Assembly (NCBI GenBank): GCA_977018835.1
Contig: OZ361260.1
Location: forward strand, 1,178,001-1,242,000
Direction: 5' to 3'
Length of the DNA stretch: 64,000 bases
DNA from: Minutocellus sp. GHC0000111
Taxonomy: Eukaryota
The notes below the pieces were generated by a model. That model was not told the DNA's origin, did not search any database, and saw nothing but the letters and a program-made list of their open reading frames with translations. Of the stretch, positions 23,429 to 35,164 are shown piece by piece. Positions within the stretch are counted from its first letter, which is position 1, and each line of letters begins with the position of its first letter. The translations under genes were made by a program, and so were the position numbers.

Positions 23429-24792
23429 CGGAATTCCGGGAGGTCGAGAGTGGGGATGCGATCGGTCGGGATCAGCGAGAGTCGGTCATGCGGGGGGTGC
23501 GGCGCAATCCCGGCAGTTTGTCATCAACAACAACGTGGGAAAGTACCAGAGGGTCTGGGGCATCACAACGGGAGCACGACGAGCACAAAGACGGAGCAAT
23601 GGTGCCACCCCCCAGAGAAACGAACGGCCCCGACAGATGGAGGAAAAGCAGGCCGATGGTTCGTGGCGTTGATACGAAGCGGAGGCCAATCTGAGGATAC
23701 AGTCAGCTTCAACTATATCCAAACATGATAATGAATGCGTATTTGGTACAAAAATATAGTTATACGCCGGCGCAACGCCGACGGACCACCATGGTGTTGG
23801 ACGGTCAAAGAATGGGTGACGAACGAGATTGGGTTTTGGTGGGTTTCTTCGTGACGTGTTCGTCTTCTGCCGAAAAACGCTTCATCCGACCGGCGAAACA
23901 AGACGAGATGGGGCTGTGAGCTAGCTAGTAGTAGGTACGCTACCCGCAGCACCGCGCAGAGCAGCAGGGAAATTGCCGCCAGGTGTTGTGGCTGGATTTG
24001 ATAGATTTGAATCCGATATCCAAGCGAAGAGGAAACTCGTTCATCAAGCGTGCGCTCAAACACGATTGCTCACTCTGGTGCCTGTAGTCAGCGTCTCGCA
24101 ATCTGTGAAGCATCATGCCCGCTCAAGACGACGGAGACGGAGGGGTCCTGGGTGCCCTTCCTCTTGATTTGTGTTTTCCTAATCATTCGGTGGCTTACTT
24201 ACAGCAAATCAGACATACCCATCAAGTTCCGTCGGTGGCTGGGAGGTCAGAAGTTTCAGGTGGAAAAAAAGCTCGGCTATCGCGACGATGAGAAATACAA
24301 GATGAGTGCCGGTAGTGGTGCGGATCAGCGGTTGAAAAGGCAGGGATAATGCACATAATGATTTTTTGTCGATCTTGTGGGTGAACAGACGGTAGCAATG
24401 CAATGGAGAAGGGGCGCACATGCAAGGAAGAAGCAATTCGCTGATATCAACAGGTTTTGGAGATCGCGAAGCGGAGCAAGAATCATTTGCCGGCCGTACG
24501 TGCAACTGCGCTCAAATAAATAAATGTGACATGTAGTAGGGATCCCTATGGCTTGATTTTGTTTGATATTGAAGAGAAGAAAAGCCATGATCAAATATGT
24601 GATCAGTCATACATGCAGGGAGGAACTTGTAGACCATTTATATATAATCACTCTAAAATTGATTTACAAAAGTCGAGACTTTTCATCATCAACTGAGGAT
24701 TAGCAAAAGGCGACAAACAGACAGCCGCGTACATAGGCAAAGCGATTATTGGGTCTGCGAGGGGGCATTTCCATGTAAATAATGCGCGACAA

Positions 24793-27180
24793 TTACATAT
24801 CGCCCCAGCTATTACTATTGCGGAAATTCTTTTTCCTTTTGCGAATGCCTCTTTGGGGCCAAAAGCTGGAACATATACATAATAACATCAGCAGGAACAC
24901 AACAAAGAGACCTGCAGCCCAGGCCCAACTCGCCGTTGTCCAAGTGTCGGGATTGTCGACAAATACTGCCACAAGCGGGTCAAACCAGCCCTCCTTAATG
25001 TCATCCACAAGGCCAGATGAATCCGACAAATATTTTCCATCCAAAACGAGCGAATCGGAGCATCCCGGAGATGTGTCCTCGGGGTTGAAACACTCGCACC
25101 GTGGTCGGACGGTGCCATTGACATTGCTTTGGTAGTTGCAGATACCTCTACCGGCGCAATTGGCGGGACAGAACATGTCGGGACAGGCCGACATGATGCG
25201 GGGGCAGGTCAACGTCGAAGAGATGGCGCCGCTGGCCACCGTGATGCTGATCTGCTGGAAGTCATACTCGCACGTCTTCCACTCTCCACGAATGTTGACC
25301 TTGAGGACCTGCTCGTCCTGAATACACTGCGCGACGTAGCACCGACCTTCGCCCGAGGTGGTCTCGAAGCACATGGAATCAGACCCGTACTCCTCAGAGT
25401 ACAGATTGATCAGATCGACATTGGCGGGGTCGCGGCAGTCCAATTCTTCCGGTTGGAGGCCGGAGTAGGTGGAACCATAGACGGGACAGTAGTCGGCTTG
25501 GCGCGGTCCACCCTGTGCGGGCTTGTCCTGAAAGTATGTGAACTGCGCATCGGGCAGCCGCTGAGGAAAGAAGAGACTGTAGTCAATGACCGTGCAGGCC
25601 ATCTTGTGCGTTTGGGCCGGACTGCACCCTCTGGCTGAGGCTGCCGAGCAGAAGAACGATCGGGCATAGTCGGGTACGGTCGTCTGACCGGTAGCCTCGT
25701 CGGTTTCCAGGCACGGTTTGTTGACAAAGTCACACCCCACGCCATGTCCAAATGGCGACACGGACGACTTGGTGTAATTTGCCTTATACCAGCCGCTGTC
25801 CTCCAGCAATGCCAGCGTCAGAGGACTGATGATGTTGGCCGTCGGACTGATGACGCCGCTCAGCGCCTCGGGGTACCAGTCTCGTTCCTCCCAGTGATCA
25901 CCGGTGCAAGACTCCGCTCCCGTCGGTTGGTTCTCCAGCTTGGCCCCCTCCACCTCCTGGCAGTCGAACTGATTCCGGGCCACGGTCCGTACCTTCTCGG
26001 TAACGATGGCGGCATACCGCTGTCCGTTGGGCGCAACGAAGAACTTCATCGTTTCCTCCGAGGGCAATATCTGCGTCCTCTGCACCCCATCGACACAGGT
26101 GACGGTAGTGCTTCGGAAGCTCCGGTCGGTGCGAGGCTCGCCCGTTTCGGGATTCCAGTAGAATCGGTAGCTGTTGCTGCTCATGCCCAGGACGTGAGCT
26201 GCCTCGTGGATGGCCACGTCGACGTTGTCCTCAATGATGGCAGGACTGGCCGTACCGGCCTCGTCGAGCTCGAGCTGGTCCAGACAAAAGTTGATGGCGC
26301 CGGCAATGGGACGGTCAAACTGGTCAAAGTTGCATGCCACGGCGACGGCCAGGGTGGACGGACAGCAGAAGCGAGTCGAGGGAGTACCGCTGACATACAA
26401 CAGCAGGTCGGTGTCGGTGACGCCGTCGGCAATGTGCTCGGCGGGGACCTCGGTGAATTCGGAATCGCCGCAGTAGCGCCGGTTGGCCAGCTCGGCCGTG
26501 CTGATGACGAGGCGGTCCTCGACGGGGACGACGCTGAGCGTTTCGGACCAAAAGTTGCCCATCCGGGGAAGGATCTCGTTCTCGATGAAATCGATCTGCG
26601 CGCCATTGGTCGCCGATCGCTGCGATTCCAGCGCCGACGTGTCGAACCGTATGCGCATGGGTTTGAAGATGTTGCTGCTTCCGTCGTCGGTGGCGATGGT
26701 CAGCCCTTCGCCGCCTTCGTTTTGGAGTTTTCGTGCATTGGTCGTTTCATCATCGTTAGTTGTGGTGGTGGTGGCACCAGTAATATCTGTGGCATATGGA
26801 TGGTTCTTGTAACGCACGACGTGCTCGGGGTCGCCCTTGATGCCGGTGCGCCAGTAGTCGGTCGATTCCGTCTCGATCTTGTTGAGCTCCCGCCGGACCG
26901 ACGCGTTGTCCTCGCCGTACAGCCTTCGGATGGGGTGCAGTCTGTTCGTATTGGTTGCAGAGGTTCCTCGAAGCGTATGGGCACTGCCGCCGCCGATGCC
27001 GGTGGTTGTGGGATTGATGCTCATGCTCGACATGTCTGTCTCTGCATCTGTCGGAGTGGCGGCCGCGGCGGCGACCGTGGAGGAGCAGCTGCTGCTACCA
27101 CAGTTGCCCGAGGTTAGGACAGCCGCCGCCGCCAGGATACCACCCGCCCTCCGTCTCATCGGCCGTCTGCTGCTCATCAT
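24793..27180 (-). CDS. Leishmanolysin/GP63-like M8 metalloprotease with EGF-like domain and C-terminal TM
   Basis: HEAAHVLG zinc motif, DRPIAGAINFC, LENQPTG...DHWEER, SPLTLALLEDSGWY, ADYCP, CPANCAGRGIC, TM near C-terminus. Confidence 0.92.
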   Translation of the reverse strand: MMSSRRPMRRRAGGILAAAAVLTSGNCGSSSCSSTVAAAAATPTDAETDMSSMSINPTTTGIGGGSAHTLRGTSATNTNRLHPIRRLYGEDNASVRRELNKIETESTDYWRTGIKGDPEHVVRYKNHPYATDITGATTTTTNDDETTNARKLQNEGGEGLTIATDDGSSNIFKPMRIRFDTSALESQRSATNGAQIDFIENEILPRMGNFWSETLSVVPVEDRLVISTAELANRRYCGDSEFTEVPAEHIADGVTDTDLLLYVSGTPSTRFCCPSTLAVAVACNFDQFDRPIAGAINFCLDQLELDEAGTASPAIIEDNVDVAIHEAAHVLGMSSNSYRFYWNPETGEPRTDRSFRSTTVTCVDGVQRTQILPSEETMKFFVAPNGQRYAAIVTEKVRTVARNQFDCQEVEGAKLENQPTGAESCTGDHWEERDWYPEALSGVISPTANIISPLTLALLEDSGWYKANYTKSSVSPFGHGVGCDFVNKPCLETDEATGQTTVPDYARSFFCSAASARGCSPAQTHKMACTVIDYSLFFPQRLPDAQFTYFQDKPAQGGPRQADYCPVYGSTYSGLQPEELDCRDPANVDLINLYSEEYGSDSMCFETTSGEGRCYVAQCIQDEQVLKVNIRGEWKTCEYDFQQISITVASGAISSTLTCPRIMSACPDMFCPANCAGRGICNYQSNVNGTVRPRCECFNPEDTSPGCSDSLVLDGKYLSDSSGLVDDIKEGWFDPLVAVFVDNPDTWTTASWAWAAGLFVVFLLMLLCICSSFWPQRGIRKRKKNFRNSNSWGDM

Positions 27181-27441
27181 TGGATTTGTTGTTTCGTTGT
27201 TTTGGTTGTGAGTTTCATGCCTCGCCCTGTCGATTTGCTTCATTCAACGGTCCAGTCGTATCAAGCGCTGGTTTTGGCTTGACTTGCTGGCGCAAAACCG
27301 CGCGCGCGCGGCCGGCTCGTTGGCCTCGAAAATAATAGCTCATCACAAATACCGCTGGCGTCTCCCCTCCTGAACTGTCCTTTTTGTACAGCAGTTCAGT
27401 AGTCAGTACATTGGAATGATCGAGCACTAGCGCACTTACTT

Positions 27442-28452
27442 ATGCGCACCCCCCTTCTTCGAGGGCATGGCCTCGCCATGGCGTTCGTGGTGTCTGGTGG
27501 ATGTGCATTGTTGGCGCTGGGGGGCATGCGTTTGCGTTCGTCGTCATCATCATCGTCCATGACTGCTCATGCTGGAAGCAACCACTATGACAACACATGC
27601 CCATTGTCATCGTCGCAGCACCATCCGGTATGCCACCCCGGCCAGCCATTTGATCCGACGAAGTACGATGAAATTTACATGCTTCACATGCGCAAGGGGG
27701 GAGGCACAACGATGAGGGTGTACCTAAAGCAAGTGGCAGAGCTGCACAATCTAACACTGCGGTTTAGCGAGGGAGAGCCAGACACCTCCACAACTGACTG
27801 GACTCGAACATTTCGAATTACCAATCTCCGCCAACCCATCCAACGGGCAATAAGTCACTACAAATACGATCAGAGGTGGAGCTGCAACAGCAGGGACGTG
27901 GACAGTCTAACCAGTAAGAAGGGTGAATTTGTGCCGACGAAAGACAATGTGAAGATGACCTTCGAGGATTTCTTACACGTTGCCGATCGAAGGACGCCCA
28001 GTAGAAGACATCCAAAGCGGCTATCGGTGTGCGCCACCAACTGCTTCGTCAGATGGGTCACAGGCCATGCTGCGTACATTGACGTTGAGAATGATGCGAA
28101 GTCGGCGAATCGAATATTGAACGATGCCCACCATGCACTGTTTCAATATGATTTGGTTGTGAATACAGATTGGCTCGCGAAAGACACATATAGGGAAGCA
28201 ATTGAAGCGTATTTCGGTGTCGATGGAATATACAACGCAACCCAAAAGGCGTCTAAGTTGCTCTTCTGTTCCAAAGAATCGCGTGCTGCCAACGCCAAAG
28301 TACCGCTCGTGATACGAAATGAAACCCAAGAAGAGCTAGAGGCTACTAATCGAATCGACTTGGAATTGTATCGTCGCTTCACCGATTGTGGAAATATTGA
28401 AATAAGCGAACCCAGGATACAAAGTTTGCTGAGCTACAACACATCAATCTGA
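27442..28452 (+). CDS. Membrane-anchored sulfotransferase (Sulfotransfer_2-like)
   Basis: 5'-PSB HMRKGGGTT, 3'-PB LRQPIQRAISHYKY, N-terminal TM, C-terminal NRIDLELY. Confidence 0.85.
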   Translation: MRTPLLRGHGLAMAFVVSGGCALLALGGMRLRSSSSSSSMTAHAGSNHYDNTCPLSSSQHHPVCHPGQPFDPTKYDEIYMLHMRKGGGTTMRVYLKQVAELHNLTLRFSEGEPDTSTTDWTRTFRITNLRQPIQRAISHYKYDQRWSCNSRDVDSLTSKKGEFVPTKDNVKMTFEDFLHVADRRTPSRRHPKRLSVCATNCFVRWVTGHAAYIDVENDAKSANRILNDAHHALFQYDLVVNTDWLAKDTYREAIEAYFGVDGIYNATQKASKLLFCSKESRAANAKVPLVIRNETQEELEATNRIDLELYRRFTDCGNIEISEPRIQSLLSYNTSI

Positions 28453-28547
28453 TACTATAGATAGATACTTGAACAGTGAGGGGCATTTGCAGATAGATGC
28501 ATTAAATGACATAAACACATAGGCCTAGACATTTTCAAAAGTTATTG

Positions 28548-29552
28548 TCATAAAATATCGATCGGAACATGTGCACCAACCGGCTCATATGGGCCAAACC
28601 TTTCAACACAGGAGGCATATCTCTCTGTGAATAGTTCGGGCTTCTCCTTCATCTGTTGGCATTTTCGGCTTGGTTGAGAGGCGAATCCAAAAATACAGTA
28701 ATCCATCGCATACACCCGTTCAATGGCCTGCCTCGTCTTGGGCTTCAGCTCGGCACATGAATTATGTTCATTTTTCAAAGAGTGGCTTGAATACATTTCG
28801 TTTGGTATGTTCGTTCCAATGTAGTGACCCAAGGTGTCAAGGCTTTCATTCCAAGTTTCTTGACAGAGGGCGACGTCCAATCCAAACGTCCCGTCGGAGT
28901 AGAATAGCCAATGATGCAGCGGACGGAGATGAGCCTTGCCTGTTAGTGCTGGCTCTCTCTCGAGCTTGAGGATAAAGTCATCCAAAGATAGGTTTCCAAT
29001 GTGCTCTGCAGCCCACCGTTTGTCTCCCGGATTACATATGTCACTTTTGAGATATGAATACGCGCTGATAAAGCGACTGCACGGGTGACGAATGTGAGCC
29101 GCCCTAACGAAGCCGTCGATTCCCCGTTCCTGGGAATTCAGTGTCATGTGCTCTACATTGAAATGGCCTCCAACCATGTGATACGACCTCGCGTCGTCAA
29201 AGAGGGCCGAATTTTCGACGCTCGAACCGCCAGTTTTGGGCGTGTGCACATATACCAGCTTATTTTTCCGCGATATACTCATGGTGCCATCTGTCTCGTA
29301 GAGTGAGTTGTCGATTGCCGCTGCTGTTTGGGTGGATCTGTGTTTAACGACCGTGGCTTTTGTCTGACTGCTCTTCTTTTTTCGGACGGCTCGGAGGATT
29401 CTCCTGGCGGATGGGCCGGATAAGTCGCCATCAATGACAACTAAGGATAGTCCCAGGACAATGGCGACCAGCCCAACCACTCTGAAAATTGATGTGGGTC
29501 GCATTATCGTGGTGTTAGCCGGCGTTGGCGGCGGAGATAGAGGTCTCTTCAT
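28548..29552 (-). CDS. Membrane-anchored sulfotransferase (Sulfotransfer_2-like)
   Basis: YVHTPKTGGSS, RHPCSRFISAYSY, VYAMDYCIFGF; N-terminal TM. Confidence 0.87.
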   Translation of the reverse strand: MKRPLSPPPTPANTTIMRPTSIFRVVGLVAIVLGLSLVVIDGDLSGPSARRILRAVRKKKSSQTKATVVKHRSTQTAAAIDNSLYETDGTMSISRKNKLVYVHTPKTGGSSVENSALFDDARSYHMVGGHFNVEHMTLNSQERGIDGFVRAAHIRHPCSRFISAYSYLKSDICNPGDKRWAAEHIGNLSLDDFILKLEREPALTGKAHLRPLHHWLFYSDGTFGLDVALCQETWNESLDTLGHYIGTNIPNEMYSSHSLKNEHNSCAELKPKTRQAIERVYAMDYCIFGFASQPSRKCQQMKEKPELFTERYASCVERFGPYEPVGAHVPIDIL

Positions 29553-29729
29553 CTTTTTATGGATGGGTTAGGAGACCGAGGAATGACAGCGTTAGGAATG
29601 ACCGAGATGACCTGCCTACGTACGTCCTACTCGTACATACCAGTGTGCAGGCATTGGTAACTGTACTTCTATTGCCGCTGACGCTATTAAAATTATTGGA
29701 CAAAATAAGTACCTAGGCCTAGGTACATG

Positions 29730-31309
29730 TACGAGGTGCGGCGCACGCAAAACCCCGGCAGTTTTTCGCTTGTTCTGCAGCCCTCGAGAAGAAAAGGCAT
29801 ACCTAAAATATAAATCCCTAAACTTAGTAGTTACATAAGATGATTTTCAAATTTTTCGGGTGGATATGTATCATTTCAAGAACTCACTTTGAACATCGAT
29901 TCTTGCCAAGCGCTAAGCCCATGCTTTCCGCTCATAAAAAGAACGAAGCTGAACGAAGTGAATGCAGGATGAATGCACCGGTACCACGTAGCTTGCTACG
30001 CAGCGTAGTATTCGCAAGCGGGAAAAATAACGAAGACGAATGTTGGCAAGCGCCGACGATACTCGGCCGAAGCGACCGCTGCCTCTGTTGTTTCTTTCTC
30101 CCATGAAAGAAGATGAATCAATTGAGAAAGTTGTGCAGGAACCATCGGATCCTCCTTGCCCGTGACCGTTGCCCGGGGATGACGTGAAGATACCTCTTTC
30201 GACGCGAATGCATGCCCGATTATCCGCTGATTGTCTGCTGCGGCTTGCATTGGGGTGGAACGAACCGAGAGGCTACCGGCAGTATTTTCGAGGCGAATGA
30301 TGAAATTGCAAGAAAGTTGCGAAGTTGGCATCGAAATGGTATGGTTGAGGTGCTATGCTGATCGCACTTACCGCTTCACTTGGTCGAGATCACCCGCACA
30401 CATATTTTTGTATTGATTTGAACATATCGACACATCGTGTCGGCTTTGTCAGTTGGGTGCATGGGCATGTTCAGCACGCGGTAGGAGCAGCGCTTGGATT
30501 TTATTTTTCGATACGCTTGTATTATCTTTTGTGGAATTGGCAATTTTTTGGATGTGTCAAGGCACATGCACTACGTAGTATTTGCTTCGTTTGGAACATG
30601 CTTGAGAAGGATGGCGTTGCAGGCGGTATTGTTGGGTGTTGGATGTTCTGTCTCGCGGTCTACATGTAACTGGTAATCGTTTTTGCATCCGAGATTCTAT
30701 CGTTTGGATCTGTGCTTTAATGCAATGTGGACAAATCTTGGCATCTTCTCTCCTTAGCATGGAGGCTATCGTGACAGCTACTGCAATATCTGGTATGTCG
30801 AGTATTGAAAGGGAGGAGAGCTGTGGAATGGAGAGAATTTCGCCCAGTCTACGTGCTACACCACAGTACATGCTGCCCTAATTCTGACATGGATTATGGA
30901 GCATGTGTAATTGGATAATTGGATAAGGAGGCCATCCAGTCGGTGCATGTGTGTTGGTGACATATGCGGGCGCTCTTAATGTTTAACTTATTCGAAATAC
31001 GTGCACCCCATTGGTGTTGATTTCACTACTGAGGTGGACAGAACGAAGGATGGTGGTGGTGGTAAGGTAGGTACAAGGCGCCAATCAGAAGGATTTTTTT
31101 GTCGAACGAAAATGGGCAGGAAGTGGCTAACACGGCTGCAGTGTAGTTTTAGATGTACACGATACTTAGAGTTAGTTTACATTTGGCATTGGCAATCGTA
31201 CTGGCACGAATTTGCCTGTTTGGGTGGGTTGGGTCCGATTTTTGGCTCTCGAAAGGTGATTTTTTGGTCCCGGACCGTCCGTCAGTTTTGCGCGCGTGGG
31301 ACCCTCGTA
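29730..31309. mobile_element. Candidate non-autonomous mariner-like element with imperfect ~25-bp TIRs and TA flanks
   Basis: Left TACGAGG-TGCGGCGCACGCAAAAC versus right reverse complement TACGAGGGTCCCACGCGCGCAAAAC (20/25 by manual alignment). No intact internal gene. Confidence 0.5.
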
Positions 31310-31379
31310 GAGTCTACCGGTGCCATTCATTCATTGCACTACTAGTACGTAGCTAGATTTCGCCAATCGCGTACTCAGC

Positions 31380-33134
31380 TCATGCGAGGACGGCCTCCTC
31401 CTTCTTAGCCTTGGCTGCTTCGGCCTTTGCCTTCAAACCGTTGGGTCCGTCTGCTCGTGCAACAATCTCATCGGCCACCATCAAACCACTTCGGGTGGCG
31501 CCCTCCATGGAATCCAGATAGTCTTGGTAGGTGTAGGAACCAGCCAGGAAGAAGTTCTCAACGGGAGTGGCCTGTCGGGGTCGGAACTTGTCCTGCCCGG
31601 GCTTCTCCCTGTACAGACTCTGGCCAAGCTTGACAACCGAGCTCCATGTGCACTTGAGCTTCCGGCTCGAGGGGAACAGCTTGTTGAGCTGATCGATGCA
31701 GTCCTGAACAATCTGGTCATTGGAACGGTCAAAGGCGCGCTCATCAAAGACAGCCTGGATGAGGGAACCCTCTCCCTCCTTGTAGTACTCCGTGGGGCTG
31801 GTAAGGGCGAGATCGGCAAAGCAGGAGAATTCAGCATCGGCAGAGTACAGAAGGTTGTCAATACCGCCACCCTTTCCATCGGATTGATCACCGGCAACGT
31901 CCATCATTCGAGCTTCGTCCTCCAATTCCGTCACCCAGCCATCGAAACGAACCTGCACAGTGGCAATAGGGACAGTGTCGAGCTTGTAAATGTTGTCGAA
32001 CATGGGGTACTTGCGGAAATTCTCCACCAAAACCTTGCGAATGCCGGGCACGTCGAGGGCGGCAACGACCACATCGAACTCCTTCACTTCGTCGTTGGGA
32101 CCGACCTTGATACCAGTCACACGGGTGGGACGGCCCTGGTCGTCAACCTCGTGGACCAAGTCGCGACAACCCGTGCTGAGATTGATCTTCACATTGCGAT
32201 CCTCCAGATACTGGATGATGGGATCGTGCAGGTAAGTCTGCGGGCTGCCCTCGAGCATGCGGAGCACACTGGCCTCCGTCCGGATGGCGAACAGCATGAA
32301 AATGGTGAGCATGCAGCGGGCAGAGATGTGATCGCAGTCCACAGAGCCAAGGGCGTAGGCGATGGGATCCCACATCCGATCGAGGGAGCCACGGCTGCCG
32401 CCGAGCTGGGTGAACCACTCGGTGAAGGTAATGTCGTCGAGTTCACGGACCATGTCCATACCACCGTCAAAGTCGAAGAGGGCACGAACGATGGGGGAGG
32501 TACCAAGACGGACGGCGTTGTGGAACTTGTCCTCAACCTCGAGCTGCTCGGTCTTGAAGAAGGCCTGCAAACCAGAGACGGGAGCGCCGATGGGGAATTG
32601 GAAATCGAGAGCTCCGAGCTTACCTCCGTCGTTGACGAAGGTGTGGATGTGCTCCTTGACGCGGAGGGCATAGTCGAAGGAACCGGTGCGCTTCATGATG
32701 CCATAAAGGTTGTAGTAGCAGCCGAAGAAGACGTGGAGGCCCATCTCGATGTGGTTGCCGTCCTTGTCGGTCCAGGAGGATACCTTGCCACCGACGTACG
32801 GGCGGAGCTCGAACATCTCAACGTCGTGGCCGGCATCGGCCAGATCCATCGCGGCGACCATGCCAGCGAGGCCGGCACCGACAATGCCGATCTTGAGCTT
32901 CTCCTGATTCTTCTTGGCGGGTCCGTCCATGGCCCTCTGCATCAGGTTGGTGTTGAGGAAGGCATCGTTGCCGATCTGCTTCTTGGCATCCTCCGATGCG
33001 AAGGTTTCGTCGGCCGAGATGGTCGACATGCGCAGAGGCAGGGATGTACCGGTTTTGGCGGTCAAAGATACGGGAGCAAACGCCGAGGCGGATGCCAAGA
33101 GCAGGGCCGAGGCGGCGATAGATAAACGTGCCAT
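31380..33134 (-). CDS. ZDS: Zeta-carotene desaturase, plastid-targeted
   Basis: ASA-FAP bipartite presequence, [78 protein letters not shown]. Confidence 0.95.
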   Translation of the reverse strand: MARLSIAASALLLASASAFAPVSLTAKTGTSLPLRMSTISADETFASEDAKKQIGNDAFLNTNLMQRAMDGPAKKNQEKLKIGIVGAGLAGMVAAMDLADAGHDVEMFELRPYVGGKVSSWTDKDGNHIEMGLHVFFGCYYNLYGIMKRTGSFDYALRVKEHIHTFVNDGGKLGALDFQFPIGAPVSGLQAFFKTEQLEVEDKFHNAVRLGTSPIVRALFDFDGGMDMVRELDDITFTEWFTQLGGSRGSLDRMWDPIAYALGSVDCDHISARCMLTIFMLFAIRTEASVLRMLEGSPQTYLHDPIIQYLEDRNVKINLSTGCRDLVHEVDDQGRPTRVTGIKVGPNDEVKEFDVVVAALDVPGIRKVLVENFRKYPMFDNIYKLDTVPIATVQVRFDGWVTELEDEARMMDVAGDQSDGKGGGIDNLLYSADAEFSCFADLALTSPTEYYKEGEGSLIQAVFDERAFDRSNDQIVQDCIDQLNKLFPSSRKLKCTWSSVVKLGQSLYREKPGQDKFRPRQATPVENFFLAGSYTYQDYLDSMEGATRSGLMVADEIVARADGPNGLKAKAEAAKAKKEEAVLA

Positions 33135-33533
33135 CTTGCTGATTTGGTGTTGTTGGCTGGCGGTCGGGGATATCGATGCTGACTACTTAGTACAGGCAAG
33201 CACGGCGCAGAACAAGCAAAGAAAAGTGATGGCAGGCGCGCGGCGCGGCGGCCATCTTGAAGCGCTCTGTGCTGACGCATGATACGGGAATACGTACGTA
33301 TGTACGGCAGAATGCTCTTTCTTTATTACGACGTTTTCATGACGGAGGAGGGCTGGGTGGCCACCACCTGGCGTCCAGCCACTCTGTTCACTCTTCGCCG
33401 TCGCCGATGTCTCAATCTGACTGCAGTACATACAAGTACACAGATGAGATTTCAGTACAAATTTTACCACTGAGGAATATGTCGGTGCCTTCTATCTACA
33501 TGTAGATCTATCTTTACTGGTACATGTACGTGG

Positions 33534-35155
33534 CTACATGTACATGCATCGTTTTACATGTATGACAAATCGTCTCATCAAAAATTTAGCCACATCGAGC
33601 CCAAGCAACTTGCACATCACCAAGGCGAAAGACAAAGCGATGCCCGATGTCACCAAAACATTCTGTCGATGCTGTCTCAAGATGTCTTTGTATGTCAATG
33701 TTGGATTGGATTTCATCAAGAGAGCTGTCACAGATGGCCGCATCAAATTGTTGGGCACTCCCACTGCATTGGACATTTTTTCCGAGACTCTAAAAAGCTT
33801 TGATTCGACTGCTTTTTGGGCTGTGAAAATTGACCTGCCTAATCGATCGATGGGACTGCGAAGGTTGTACTGGTAGTATGGATTGGCAACAGATATCAAA
33901 CGACATATGCTCTCTGCCTCCTCCACTCTCTCCTTGCTGTAAGCCTTTAGTGCATTTGCTAGCTCGGCATCGGTCATGTTGGAATGCTGCTGCTTGATGC
34001 CATCTTCCATGCGTAAGAAATGAGCCGCGTCTAGCAACCCTGCATTCAATCCCTGTCCCACATCCGGAGGGAAGTGATGCAGCGAATCACCGACCAAGAT
34101 GATGGGGACGCCATTTACAACGCATGCCGCCCGTTGAGTCCAAGTGGGCTTTGGAAAGGTGACGCCCTTGCCATGCAAAAATGCCTCGATGGCTTCACGG
34201 GATATGCTGGACTTGGCATTCAGTTGAGGAAATTCCTTTGACAAGGCATCATAGACCTCATCGACGGTCTTGCATTGATACAGAAAATAATGTGGCCGCC
34301 TTGCCATGCTCAGGGGGCGTAAATTGAGATACTCGTCGCCCCCGGCAACTGTGTCGTGAAATGAGAGCATGGATATCGAATTGCCTGTTTGTCCTCGAAA
34401 CGAAACAAAGTCGTTGAATGAAACTCGCTTTGGATTTGGCGCCATGATTGATCGAATATCAGATTTGCAGACGGACAACGGACTGACTTGGTACGAAACG
34501 AACGGCTTACTTTCATCGCGAGGATTTTCCGGACCTTGGAGTTGATCCCATCGCATCCAATGATGCGTCGGCATGTCAGTGTTCGAGAACCGCTTCCATC
34601 CTTGCCATCCTTTGGTACTATGTGCACTTCCGCAGATGAAGTCAAGAAGGAGATATCCTCCACCTTTCCTTCAATAATGGGGGCTGTATTGCTTCCACCT
34701 TTGCACTTTTCGAAGCGCTCTCGGAGTACTTTGACGAGCTGGCTTCTCTGCAGCTTGATCGATCCATCTCCCACCTGGCCTCCTGGGATCGTCTTCTTTG
34801 TTCCGTCTGGTTGAATTACGTGAAAGCTGCCACTGCCACCGCCAGATGGGGCATAATTTCTTTATTGTGCCTTCAGTTCCTCCGTCACCCCCAACTCGTC
34901 CATGAGCGATCTGCCCCTCCCATCGATAGAGTAGGTGAACGTTTTGGACCAGTCGCCATAAATACTTTCAGCGGTTGGTGACGCAGCAGCACCGAGACTT
35001 GCTCGTTCAATCACCACGCAGTCGACCCCGCGCTGCCGAAGGCCGAGAGCCACAGCCAATCCGACGGGGCCGCCCCCGACGACCACCGTGTCGACATCGA
35101 CGGCCTTGGCGGGGGTGATGATCATGGCGGCTCTTGCCTCTGGCCTGACATGCAT
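33534..35155 (-). pseudogene. Class A FAD-dependent monooxygenase (kynurenine monooxygenase-like) pseudogene
   Basis: GGGPVG, GCDGINSKVR and GDSLHHFPPDVGQGLNAGL motifs spread over three ORFs. In-frame TAA at 34862-34864 and a 1-nt frameshift near 34515. Confidence 0.8.
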
Positions 35156-35164
35156 CGGCTCAAC

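Noticed and set aside
23700..24600. Short ORFs and the expected right TIR of the transposon
   Set aside because: No CCTCG-TA end found by eye, and the ORFs are short and uninterpretable.
25744..27117. 457-aa + strand ORF
   Set aside because: Antisense to leishmanolysin; explained by codon bias.
31524..33125. 533-aa + strand ORF
   Set aside because: Antisense to the strongly codon-biased ZDS.
34862..34864. In-frame stop as recoding (selenocysteine or alternative code)
   Set aside because: The codon is TAA, not TGA; other genes use TAA as a normal stop, and a frameshift follows in the same gene.
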